This document shows, piece after piece, positions 28,402 through 40,838 of a stretch of 64,000 nt of DNA. Positions within the stretch are counted from its first letter, which is position 1; every line of letters starts with the position of its first letter. Where the stretch lies: positions 10,602,001 through 10,666,000 of the forward strand of contig JAGIQG010000034.1 of assembly GCA_024679065.1 (NCBI GenBank), in the 5' to 3' direction. The stretch is from Sphyrna mokarran (Eukaryota). The notes beneath the pieces were generated by a model that worked only from the letters and a program-made list of their open reading frames with translations, did not search any database and was not told the origin of the DNA. A program made the translations under genes and the position numbers.

Positions 28402-30544
28402 ATAAGAAAAACCAAGTCAGTCCAGAAGGCAGAGCAAAAATAGACATGTTAAGGCATAAGGGCAAGGCTGGATGGCATTTATTTTCATTAAGGAGTCTTT
28501 TGGTCAAGGCTGATGAACTTAGGGTGTTGACTAACACATGGAAGTACGATATTATTGCTACTTCAGACATGATTGAGGAAGGGGCAGGATAGGCAGTTCA
28601 ATACCCCAGGATATAGAATCTTCAGGCAAGACAAAGCAGGGTGAGGTGCGCGTTAAGAGGTGGTAGTGTCGTAATACCAATGAAGGAGTCAATTACTGTA
28701 GAAAAGGAGGGATGACATCTTAGCAAGTTCCTCAATGGATAAATCCTATTTTGGGAAATGCTATAGCTACATTGCAACTTACATATGCCTCAAAATCAAC
28801 CAAATCTCAATGTCATTGTACTTTAAAAAAATGACTGGTTTACTGCAGACATCCAATTTATTTTGACTACAGGCTTGATTCCTTAGTGTCTATTTAAGGA
28901 GGGAGCACGGAAAAGTGATTTGAGTAACAGCTTCTGCAAGGTCATGCCCACACATAAAAAAAACACTAACTGAGGTTACATTCTATTAAATTGGAAAATA
29001 GCTTCTAATGTTCTATTACTGTGCTGCATTTATCTGGTTTGGATGGTAGACATATGGCACCTCACTGCCATAATTTACTGCACTGTTTTACGCTTTGGTG
29101 TAGCTGCTGCAATACAAAAACGTACAATACAAATGTGCAAGAATATATTTACAATTCTACACTGATACTATTCACTTAATTTCACAGATTTAAGTCTGTC
29201 TGTATAAAATAACACCATTTAATTTTGCTCAGTTAGCCGCACACCAAGATTGGTATTTACATTCAAGCCAGTATCTATTCATTGAGCTTCCTAAGATTGA
29301 AAGCAGAATTTGATAATGTAGAAACACAACTCCTTGCAGCAGTGCAACCAACTGTTGTAATTTTTAAAGCACTGAACATATTCTCCAATCTTGACAAAGT
29401 ACTTTTGCACAGATAATTAGATTCTGAATGTCACAAATTAATAACTGAAAGAGTGGAAATGCTTCTGAGTGGCTAAGGAAATGAACTTGAGTTGGGCAAG
29501 AGAAAAAGGGTAATGGCAGGGGAGATGTTACCAGTCTTCAAAAAGGCTAGTGGCCATTATTTTTCAAAATAGAACGCGGGATAATGATTAATTGTTGCCA
29601 GCTTAAAAATAATACATATCTGAGAAGTAACTATAAAACATTATAGGCAGCATACAGTGAAACCTGCAAGTGAGCAATGGTATTCTCGTATCGCAAACTA
29701 CCACCCGTACTTACATTAGTTAACCATTTCCCTGATTCTGATTACAGCTAAACAACTGCGGGTGCTGACTAGTGCCCAATTTACAGGTTCATACTATGAC
29801 AAGCCATTTAGATCTGAGCCAGTATAGCCTTTGATTCAGAATTAGGTCAGAAGACAAAACACTAATATTTTAATTGTGATTCAAAATAAGTTTGTATTAT
29901 TTTACACATTAGTTAACTAAGATACTATAGAATTGTGACTTTTTACTGCATTAAAGGCACAAGTTGTCACAATCTCAGAAGATGAACTTTATAAAGACAT
30001 TATAAAGTTCATAACTTAATATTTTAATTCAGCTAATTAGTCAATTTTTTTTTAAAAACAGGGTTACTTCTGGGTACAAAAGTGCATCATTCTTGCTCTC
30101 TCAACGGTCATTGTTAACGTACGAGATTGTGGCATTGGAGTAACATGTAATATCCAATACTCTACCTAATGCAGCTAGAATTTCAGGTTACACCTCAGTA
30201 GAGAAATCTCAAAGCTTAGTCACAGTTTTTCCAAATTTTGATCCTTCTCCTCCCACAGCCTTGCAACTTTTCTCTTTTCAAATATTTATCCAATTGTCTT
30301 TTGAAAATTGCTATGGAATATACTGCCACATCCTTTTAGGTCATGCTTTCCAGATCATTTTAACTCACCAAGTTTTAAAAAAAGTATCCTCATCTCCGTT
30401 TTGCTACTTTTGCTAATTATCTTACATTGTTGGCTGCTGACCCTCCCACCAGTAGAAACAATTTATCTTTACTTATTTCATCCAGACCCCTCAATTTTGA
30501 GCACCTAAACTCCCTTTAACTCTCTTTGGTGTAGCAGTGTGCGT

Positions 30545-31260
30545 CAGTGGTGGCTCAGAGGTAGCACACTCACCCTGTGAATCGTAAAGTTTTGGGTTTA
30601 AATCCCAGGGCTTGGACACAAAAATAAAATTAAGGCTGAAACCTCATTGCAGTCCTGAGGGAGATGAACACTGTCAGTGTTGCTGTCTTTCAGACGGAGC
30701 ACTGGGTGGATACAGAAGATCCCATGGCATTACTTTGAAGAGGAGCAAGGGAGTTAACCTCTGGTGTCCTGGGCAATACTTATCATAGAAATCATAAAAA
30801 CCCTACAGCACAGAAGAAGGCCATTCAGCCTATCGAGTCTGCACTGACCACAAATACACCCAGGTCCTACCACAACATCTCTACATATTTTACCCACTAA
30901 TCCCTCTAACCTGCGCATCTCAGGACACTAAGAGGCAATTTTACATGGCCAATCAACCTAACCTGCGCATCTTTGGACCATGGGAGGAAACTGGAGCACC
31001 CGGAGAAAACTCACCCAGGCACGAGGAGGAAGTGCAAACTCTACACAGGCCAGGAATCGAACCCAGGTCCCTGGAGCTGTGAAGCAGCAGTACTAACCAC
31101 TGTGTTACTGTGCTGCCCAATAAAATATCAACAGAAAAAAATAATTACTTTGCTGATTGCAAGTTAGTTGCCACATTTCCTACATTATAACAGTGACAAT
31201 ATTTCACTGGCTGTAAAGTGCTCAGTGGTCATGAAAAGTGCTGTTATAAAAGCAAGGTCT
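30545..31260 (+). mobile_element. Old tRNA-derived SINE (possibly Deu/SacSINE-like) interrupted by a minus-strand HE1-like SINE (30783-31118)
   Basis: Head gtggctcagaggtagcacactc...gggtttaaatccca and body tgctgtctttcagacg...gatcccatggc. The nested SINE has a catagaaatcata tail. Confidence 0.6.
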
Positions 31261-32684
31261 TTAAAGCTAAAGAGAAAATCCCAGCTACTCCAATCTTTCA
31301 GCCCCAGGTACAATTCTAGCAAATCCCTTCCTCACCCTCTCCTTGGCTTTAAAAATTTTTCTTAATGATGCCCAGAATTGGATAATACTTAAGAGACTTC
31401 TAAAAGCTTTTTTTTAAATAACTCCCTTTCATCACTTTAGGGTGCTATTTATACAGCCAAGATGCTCGAGGGTTAAAAGAAAATTATATAGGCTTGCTCT
31501 GTCACCTTCAAAAGATTCTCATACACAATGGTACATGAACTCATGTGTTTTTCTACTCTTGCATCCCTTTACTTTAAAGATTGTACTCTTTAATTTATAT
31601 TAGTTTATAAATAATTTTGATAAGTTAAAATATGAATTCTATGAATCTTTGTAGAGTATTAAATATTATTGCAATATAAAGTTCATCTTATTTGTGCAAA
31701 TGAAATGCCTCCATTGTCCTGGTGATTGAAATTGCTAAAGGAGCAAAGTAAATGCACATGGGAATATGGGTACATTTTATGTATTGAACAAACTGTCTTC
31801 CATCTCTCAAAACGCTGGAAGTGACTTCAGATATTCTTTGCTCCCATTATGTGCAGGTTTTTGACCCTCCATATGTGGTATGCTCAAGTACCAAACACCA
31901 ATGTCATTCAACATCCATGTCCAAGAGGGACTGCAATTTAACTCCGGCCCTTGTTGAAAAAGCAGCATTGCATGTACTTGAAATCAGTTTGTTTTCTGTC
32001 ACAGGTTCCTGTATACAACTGACATTATTAAACTAGCACCGTCAAGAGACTAGTGTGGCACTATTATATTCAAACCAATGCAATGCTTGGGGGGTGGAAG
32101 GGAGGGGCTCCATAAATTTACTGCCTGATCTAGTTTTTCTTTCCAGCTCTATAATTAAAATGCAGGTTTCACTGTAACTGCATCTATTCTGAATTGATAT
32201 TTGCAAAATTCATGCATTTTGTTAAGGACACAACAAAGGTTCAGCAAGTCAATAGCACTGGTAGGACAGCAAAGTTTGTGTGCTGCTTTTCCAGGTACTG
32301 GCCTTCAACTCTGTAGATGTGAATCCATTGTCAACTCCAAAACAGGTTCCCTGCTTCATCAACTTTGCTGTCCCCCTTTTAACCAAGCAAATTTAAATGG
32401 CAAGCAAAATATATCTGAGCCAAGCAGATAAAGCAGGGAACCATTACAACACTGATCAAAAAAAATTAAAGGTTGATCTTTATAAAGTTAGCCAACCTCT
32501 ATTGATCAAAAGCTCAATTTAAAGAAACAAAACTGACCCAGAGTCATGTTCAAATTTAACACTGAAACTGCAATGTTATCATACTTTACAGCTGTTCATT
32601 TCAGAACTATATATTTTCTTTTAATACATTATTCATTTTTAAATTTTATGTAGCTTATTGAGTTTTGTTCACAACACTTTAAGT

Positions 32685-33929
32685 TCATTTTAGTCGTTCC
32701 TGCTTTATGACATAGTTCTGCAAGATGATCCCAGTATTTTTTCTGGAGACAGTATTGGGATTTAAAGTCACTGTAGAAGAAGTTGTTCCTGCTTGTGGGT
32801 CACGTGCTACAGAACTTGGAGCTGTGTAAATATAGTTGAACCCTACATTGTCTAACATGTCTGACCAAGCCCGGTACTGAAATTCTGCAGCTCCCCAGTA
32901 GTTTCTAATACTGGATTCTGAACGGTGGCCAGTAAGTGCCATGATCTCCCGTGCTCCAAGGCCAGCGTCACAGAGGAGACGAACAGTTGTAGTTCTGAGG
33001 GAATGGTTGGTGTACCTCTGGGAGAGTCTGGCAGCAATACTGATTCTAGGCATCATGCTTCCAAGATAGTTTACTCCCATTGGCTCCCTTTTATACCACA
33101 CAGATTGTTCTCGTAACTGCTCTGGTGTTAATTTTAGAGGGTGAAGGTAGAATGCAGGAGGGTCTGGTGGCAGTTTTGATATATAAAGTTCAAGCGAAGT
33201 GACTGGGCAGTTTACATCTCCTGGCATATCGTACATCCGGCCCAATTTCAATGGGTCCTCCTGGCTTTTACTTTTCCCAGTATACTTCAGCATTGCATAG
33301 CGTCGTCCATTGGGATCTCGCTTAATGACAAAAGCATCTGGAGGAAGGTCCCGAAGGATTTCCCGCCCACGCTTTGCAAAATGTAACTGCAGATCAAACC
33401 AGACTTTGTTCACAAGTGCAAGGGGTGTGTGAAGTCCCAGGACACCAGATGTCCTGATCTTTCGAAGATCGGCTGCATTAATAGGGGGATGATGATTTGT
33501 TTCATCCTTTCCTTGCTTTCTGAGTATCTTCAGCACTCCTAGGAACACATTATTGGCACTACTGAATTCCTTGTCTTGCATTAGGCAGATCTGTCGGCTG
33601 TGAGGAGGCATTTTAAGGTGCCTGTTTAAGCCTGCCCGGATAGATTTGTAACTGGAAATGCTATAGGTGTTACCATCGTGATTCCTTACAGTTCCATAAA
33701 ATTCTCTCAAAATACTGTTGAGTTCTTCCACTGACATAGTTTCAAATTTTTCATCTTTGCCCTTTTCAATAAGCCACTGTTTAAGAATATTTACAGCCCA
33801 GTCTGTCTGCTTACGGGTATTCTTCTCATTGCGTTCTTCCTCAAGTCCAATGAGATCTTCTTCAGTCACACTAACATGCCGCCTGGCTCCATCTAAAAGT
33901 TCGTTGCTGGCAATTTGTTCTTCTGTCAT
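32685..33929 (-). CDS. YR1: Crypton-type (DUF3504, KCTD1-N-like) tyrosine recombinase-fold protein nested in an ATF7IP intron
   Basis: Uninterrupted 414-aa ORF. N-terminal NTRKQTDWAVNIL...LREFYGTVRNHDGNTYSISSYKSIRAGLNRHL; catalytic boxes FAKRGRE (R187), TNHSLRTT (H309/R312), TGHRSESSIRNY (H335/Y344). Frame stays open upstream to about 34055. Confidence 0.92.
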   Translation of the reverse strand: MTEEQIASNELLDGARRHVSVTEEDLIGLEEERNEKNTRKQTDWAVNILKQWLIEKGKDEKFETMSVEELNSILREFYGTVRNHDGNTYSISSYKSIRAGLNRHLKMPPHSRQICLMQDKEFSSANNVFLGVLKILRKQGKDETNHHPPINAADLRKIRTSGVLGLHTPLALVNKVWFDLQLHFAKRGREILRDLPPDAFVIKRDPNGRRYAMLKYTGKSKSQEDPLKLGRMYDMPGDVNCPVTSLELYISKLPPDPPAFYLHPLKLTPEQLREQSVWYKREPMGVNYLGSMMPRISIAARLSQRYTNHSLRTTTVRLLCDAGLGAREIMALTGHRSESSIRNYWGAAEFQYRAWSDMLDNVGFNYIYTAPSSVARDPQAGTTSSTVTLNPNTVSRKNTGIILQNYVIKQERLK

Positions 33930-35298
33930 TTGGTCCTCAAAACTGAGCAGTGTGTTGCCATCGAAAATGCCATAGGTGTAGAGTGGGGGGTGAGACGCTG
34001 TTTTTTCGGACAGCTGTGAATTGCGGAGTAATACGTAATGTTTTGATATAATTCTTTAAATTAAAAAAGCTACACAAAATAATTCAGCAGGTGGCACTCG
34101 TTAAGGTTTCTTAGCAGAGGTGTGCCAACATTCAATAGCGCACACCCTATCAACCCATCTCTTTTACACATTACAAACCATGGCATTACATGTTGTCATA
34201 CAATGAACAGCAGAAGGGCTTGAGTTTGCTTTCAGTTCGACTAAAATGATGCTAAATCTCTTTTGTAACTGCTGGACCTTTTAGCTATTGAGATATTTGA
34301 TGAAGGAAAAGAAAATCAAATGGGGGGGAAAACACACTGATTTTATATATGTATTCTCTAGAAGAACTGGAAAAGTTTCAGTACCGCAACAAGAAAATCT
34401 GCATCAGAAATTTGAAATGGCTTACGAGTTCTACAAATGAACCTTGACTGACTGAACAGCTTCCACTTCTGCACTGTGACACGCTGAGCAACGAGTTACC
34501 CGAATTTAAGGCTGTTACAAATGTGTGGCACGGCTGTATCCCAATCAGAATGCGTCACTCAGTTGAAGGTTTCTGAAAACTTTTGACAGCATCTTGGAGG
34601 ATTGAATCCAGCTGTGCTGACGAGTGCTGTTTTGTTTAGAGAATCTTTCCAGTTTATGTAGAGAATGCACAACATAATTACCTTTTCCCTCTTGCCACCC
34701 AAATGATTTTTTTTTGTTTTAAACACGAGCACTCACCAGGATGCTTTCCACCACTCTCTTCTTTCTGGTGAGGCTAAAGACGTGAATGTACAACATAGTA
34801 CAGATATGACAACCACCTCCCCCGCTCCATCCCATTACACCTCTCTGGGTATTTGTGGAAGGGCTTGTCACATTTATTGTCTCAATATACTTATTCTGAC
34901 CACTAAGAAATCAAAAAAATTCCCCAAAACATAAAAATCAAATGTTGTGGCTTTAATTCTGCCAAGGTTGTCTGTAGATTTTGCAGAAAGGTGGATTTGA
35001 AAACAAAAGAGTTGGTTATATTTAAGTAGAAAAAATGTTAACTTACAGAACAACAATATTACCCCTTAGAACTTTACTGGGCAAACGTAACAAGCTGATC
35101 CATGGTGGATTACTGAGAAAGGAACAATGTGACAATTGGGTTCGTTTGTACAGATTCTTCTGTACAAACAGCAACCACATTTTACCCAAAGGGATAACTA
35201 TATTATATCAACTGGCTTGGCCAGGAAAGACAATGAGAGAGACTGCTGCCGAACATAACCGGTGGTCTGATCTGCATTGATAAATGTACTATACCCAC

Positions 35299-35390
35299 CT
35301 GATTGCCACTGGGTACTGGTTTTTTAGCAGCTGGTGACTCTGTTGGAACAGCTGTAGAATGTCTCTGGGTGGCCTGGCTGAAGCTGCTCT
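35299..35390 (-). CDS. ATF7IP: ATF7IP internal exon
   Basis: ccattaacag|AG...AATCAG|gtgggt, 92 nt, phase 1 to 0, bridging the flanking exons in frame. Encodes SSFSQATQRHSTAVPTESPAAKKPVPSGNQ. Confidence 0.85.
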
Positions 35391-35554
35391 CTGTTAATGG
35401 AATAGAAGCAAAGGAATTCATTTAATATCCATGTACTATATAAAGATGTTGACAGAGAAACACTCCAAAGCTTCTTCCCATCAGATCTTCCCAAACATTA
35501 CTGTAACTTTAATCTATATGCATCAGAAGTCAGTGACATATCTAGAGATTGACA

Positions 35555-36197
35555 GTGACACAGTGGTTAGCAAAGCTGGCTCACGCTGCCAGGGAGCTGG
35601 GTTCGATTCCTGGCTCAGATCACTTGTCTTTGCAAAGTCTGCACACTCTCCCAGTGTCTGTGCAGGTTTCTGAGTGAGTGCTCTCGTTTCCTCCTACAGT
35701 CCAGAGATGTGTGGGTTAGGCTGTTTGGCCATGCTAAATTGCCCCTTAGGTGTCATGGGAATTAGCAGGGTAAATGCATGGGGTTACAGGGATAGGGTCT
35801 GGTAGGATTGTGATTAGTGCAGACTTGATGGACCAAATGCCCTCCATCTGCATAGTAAGAAGTCTCATAACACCAAGTTGAAGTCCAACAGATTTATTCG
35901 GCAGTACTAGTTTTCGGAGTCTCCTTCATCAGGTAAGTGAAGAGCTGTGTTCACAAACAAGGCATAGGCAGATACAAACTCAATTTACAAGATAATGGTT
36001 GGAATGCAAGTCTTTACAGTTAATTACGTCTTAAAGGAACAAACAATGTGAGTGAAGAGAAGGCCATGTGCAGGTTAAAAAAGTATGTATTATCTCCAGC
36101 ATGATTTTAACCTAGTGTTGAGACCCCTTTTATTCTGCTTATCCCAGTCCAACGCCAGCATCTTCACGTCACTCATTCTGCACTGCACGGATTCTAT
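35555..36197 (+). mobile_element. HE1-like SINE with a Penelope-like fragment (about 35856-36170) inserted in its tail
   Basis: The SINE tail breaks at tctgcatagt and resumes at tctgcactgcacggattctat. The insert carries ctgatgaaggag...ctccgaaa on the minus strand. Confidence 0.65.
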
Positions 36198-39159
36198 AAC
36201 ATTTTAAGAGCATTAAACTAACATGGCTGCTCGCTTTACCTTCTCAAGTTTGCATGATAGATGAAAAGGCAACCTGTAGATACAGATTGTAATTTCAAAA
36301 GCTTCATAACTCTGCAGAGTTTCTATTTTGATTTATACATGCAGACAGATCATGTATTCATACATATTAAAAATTTATTACAAGAATGGAGAAGCAAAAA
36401 TAATTAAAATATAAATTAGTTACATTGATTGCATTCTCAAATAAGTAATTCCACACAGGAAATTCTTGCAAATAAACGTGATAACAGGAGGGTTTGTATT
36501 ATGAAGTATTACGTTGTCTGGACTATTGCAAACTGCAGAAGCTGTTTTAATATCACTATGCTCATTATGCTTAGCTGCTTTCGGCATTTATATGATTCTT
36601 CTTTGAAAGCCGTGGATATTAAGAACAGAACCTATAATCAGTTGCAGCTCTTTGTAATACTCTCAAAGCTAAAAGATACATTGCTAAGAATAGGAATATA
36701 TTCCCACATACTGCAGGAGTATCATTCTGCTGCTAAAATGTGGCATAAAGGCTACAAGATTGAATTGTTCTGCATTCTTAGACTTGATGGTTGGAATCAA
36801 CTATATCCCCTGTGAATGTGGAAGTCATCAAGAGTTACATATTTACATTCTTATGCCAGGTATTTTCACTTGATGACTTTGTTTCTCTAATCTGAATAGT
36901 TGGCTTTCTTTTAGTCAATACTGTGAGTAGTTCCCTCAAGTCAGGTACTGTTCCCCTGTCTTCCAAATACACTATCACTGCATCAAGAAGTCCAAACATG
37001 GTTGGTTACATCAGCTTCCCCCCTGCCATTCTTGCAATATCCAGCAGAATGTGGCTTGGATTCAACTAGTTCCTACCTACTGAGTAGCAGCCAAAGAATC
37101 TCCTGCAATGATTTACCTTCCTGCTGTTATATCTTAACATGCCCATGGATTCAATTTTAACCTCTCCAATTTCTTATTTGCATGTCATCTCTCAGCAATA
37201 TAATCTGAAAACACATGGTCTAATTCTGCATGTACGCTGACAACACCAGACTCTAATTCACCACCACTGCACTGCTTCTGATTTGTCACAATGTTGTCAA
37301 GCGTCCAACATCAATTCATACCAAGTCCCACTCACCCACACTTGCTACACAGCACTGGCCCCCCAAACTGGAAATAATTCTCACCCTTGATTGCGAATTC
37401 CTCCTCGGTCTTGTTCCTCTCTAACATGCTCCAGCCCTATAACCATCCAAGATATCTACATTTCTTCAAGTCTGCCTCTTGCACATTCTTTATTTGAATA
37501 GCACTACCACTAGCAGCCATACACTAAGTTCAGGAATTTCCTCTCTAAACATCACTGCTCCTTTTTCTAGGCAACATTTTCTTGAAGATTTTCCATTTTA
37601 CCAAATAACAAAACAAATCTCAAAAATCCACAGAATAATCATCACTCCAGATGTAGAAATAGAAAAGAACAGCAAATATAATAATTGGTTTGTGTTATCA
37701 ATAACAATTCATTGAAACTGGCACCTCCTTCTGCGTGGATAATGAAAGGATGGGCGGTATCAGGATAGAGCCATGAGCACATGACACAAAGATGCACACT
37801 CTCGCTCACAGAGTACCAAGGACCAAGCTACATAGTTGCATTTGACCCCACAGGAGCTAAAGCCTAAAACAGCATCTCAAGATCACCGAACAATGGAAGG
37901 ATATCCCAGAAAGAGGGAACATCAAGATATAACCCCAAACCCAAGACCTAGCATGACAATGCACATTCTCACATACAGGATAACAGAGCTGCACAGTCTC
38001 ACGTGAAGACTGCAGATGAAAGAAAACCCAAGTATCCAAATCACTGTTGGGTCCCACAATCTTCTGCTGGAGTAAATCTTCACACATTCAAATACCATAC
38101 AACCATCACTGCATACTTCCCAATAGAACAAAGAAGATTCATTATCAATCCACAAGCAAACAAACTATTTCCAAATTACCAGTGCAAGACAATTGGAATT
38201 TGTCAGAGCTAGAAATAGGGCAGACTTTACTCAGCCCACTTCTCTGGTACTACATGGAAAGACGAAGAATTAAAAATCCACCGTAACACGCTTTAAACTA
38301 AGGTCTTTCTGTTCCACTGCCAGAGTATATTGAGTAAATAAATGGACATTCTGGCTTTCAAAGAATGATATATGCCACAGTACATGTATATTAAACACCC
38401 ATGTCAGGATAAAAGGCAACATCACGAAATCATGATTATAATCACAAGGGAACAAATTTCAGGATTAAATGATGAACTGCAGGACAATATAGCCATCCAT
38501 AGAACTTGAAAAGGCCAAAGCCTTGATAGGACTGTTGACCAACATCAAAGATCTATCCATAATTTCATCGAGGTCTCTAGCATTGCCGTTGTGCCGCTCA
38601 GAAGTCCCAGCAGAGAGATACCCAGGGTCCTGCAGGTGGAAAGATCCCATTATTTCAGTTGCCTCCATCCCTGCTTGACCAACACCTAGGTCAAAACAAA
38701 GCGATTGGGGTATATAACTGACACCAGATATTGAAGACTGGATACAGCATGCCTCTTCAAAATGCTCAGACTTCAAACAGAGATTATGAAAGCATTACAG
38801 GCACTTCTCAAATTCAGCTGGGAATTTATCTTCAGCTCTCCTTGGGAGATCAGGTGCATGGATACTCCTTTTCTGGCCCCATCTTCCTGAATTAATCAGG
38901 ATGTCCGATTTCCAAGGACTGAAGGTTAGCCTCCACTGAGAAAACTGCCTTCTTGATTGACAGAATTTTTACCTTCACTTCATCCAGTTTCTTTTGGATA
39001 TTTTGCAGTTCCAAGTGACAACCTCCCCTCCATTTGTAAATTGGATCAAATTTTGTTCATTAATTCCCGTTATGAAGTGTCTTGGGTTATTTTATTATGT
39101 TAAATAATATTGTATATAAACAGTGAAATTATTCTACTGCTATGATGGAGTTGAGATGA

Positions 39160-39405
39160 AGACCATTTGGCCATTCTGGCTAATCCAACCTAACACACAT
39201 ATCTTTGGACACTAAAGGGCAATTTAGTATGAACAATGTACCTAACCTTCACAGCTTTGGACTTTGGAATGAAACCGAAGCACCCAGAAGAAATGCACAC
39301 AGACACTGGGATAATGCGCAACTCCAAAAAGACAGTAACTGAAGGTTGGAATCAAACCCAGGTCTATGGAGCTGTGGGGCAAAAGTGCTAACCACTGCGC
39401 CACTC
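39160..39405 (-). mobile_element. HE1-like SINE
   Basis: SINE core and reversed tRNA-like head gtgctaaccactgcgccac. Confidence 0.72.
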
Positions 39406-40544
39406 GTACCAATGTCAGGGAATCTAAATAAACACAGGCTGAACTCACTGACTTTAAATTACTATAAACAGATATTGCAAACTGGAGTAAAAACCAATCC
39501 CCTGCTATACTATTCTGAATATATAACAGTGCATTTCTGATAGTATTGGTCACAGTCAGTGAGAAAACATATGGTTTTAACAGGATAGGAGTTTGATTTC
39601 ATGTAAAGTGAAACATATTATTCTGGTAAAATTGTGTGTTCTTTAAGGGATCCAATTGTTAAGAAGGTACAATTTCAGGTTATTCAGTTCAGGTTGGAAA
39701 CTTTGTGAATTTTAAAGCACAGTTCAATGTCAGCTTTGCACCCAAAATACTCAGAATTAATTTGCACTGGCAACAAAGTGGCATGTGAACATGCTAACAT
39801 ACATATCTTTAAAATGACAGAGATATGTATTTTTAAAATTATTTTTACATGTACTTTTATTTATACATCTATTACTTTCCTCCTGTATTTCCAAATATAT
39901 CATCCGCAAACTTTTAAATTATTGTATATGGAAGCTGTGACCTTGGGACACCAGTGCATTTTCTAACTAATGTGTCAGTACCTCATATTTGAATGCGTTT
40001 GCTTTTTTATTCACTCATGGGAAATGTCTAGCAGGTCCATTCCTAATTGCCTTTAAGGTGGAGGGGTATCAACTTTATAAACTGCTGTAAGCAATGTGGT
40101 GTAGGTACACCCATGGTGGCAGGGAGTTCCAGGATGTTGACCCAGTGATGAAGGAATTGTAATTTTTCTTCAATTAATTATTCTTAATCTTTTCTCTCTA
40201 AAGAAACCATTGTACCGTCTCCAGTTTCTCCACATTACTGAAAGCCTCTGAAATATTTAAACAGATTTTTTTCTGTTGAGATATAATCCATTGCAACAAG
40301 CTTGGTAAAGGAGGGGGCCACCTGGTGCTTATACAAATCCATATCAGGGCTATCCCATTTTCCTTATATCCTTTAATACTTTTCCTCAAAACAATTCAAT
40401 TGGAGTTTAATCAACCATTATAGTAAGATATTTCAAATTCTAACTACCCAATCTACTTAAATAGCATGTGCTAATGAAGCTAGATGTATAGATAAACATT
40501 TGTTCCTGAACTGTGGACCAGACCAAACAGCACCTTTTTGTTTA

Positions 40545-40838
40545 TTTATTTATTGCTGTCACAAGTAGGCTTACATTAACATCGCAATGAAGTTACCACA
40601 AAAATTACCCGATCCCCACATTTCGGCGTCTGTTTCTGATACACTGAGGGAGAATTTAGCAGGGCCAGTGCATCTAACCAGCATGTCTTTTGGACTGTGG
40701 GAAGAAACCAGAGCACCTGGAGGAAATGCATAAAGACATAGGGATGACGGGCAGACTCCGCAGACAGTGACCCAAGCCGGAAATCAAGCCCGGGTCCCTG
40801 GCGCTGAGAGGCAGCAGTGTTAACTACTATGCCACCAA
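40545..40838 (-). mobile_element. HE1-like SINE variant
   Basis: Same structure as 3800-4075 and 44725-45005. Confidence 0.72.

Noticed and set aside
28091-28592. ORFs containing X runs
   Set aside because: Artefacts of the N gap.
29982-30012. 13-bp-stem AT-rich hairpin as a recombinase target site
   Set aside because: Single low-complexity copy, 2.7 kb from YR1, with no partner site seen.
32400-34400. Terminal repeats marking YR1 as an intact mobile Crypton
   Set aside because: None could be identified by eye. Crypton termini are very short, so this is not conclusive.
37690-39100. Possible ancient RTE-like LINE on the minus strand
   Set aside because: Too degenerate to assign without a search; no clear motif.
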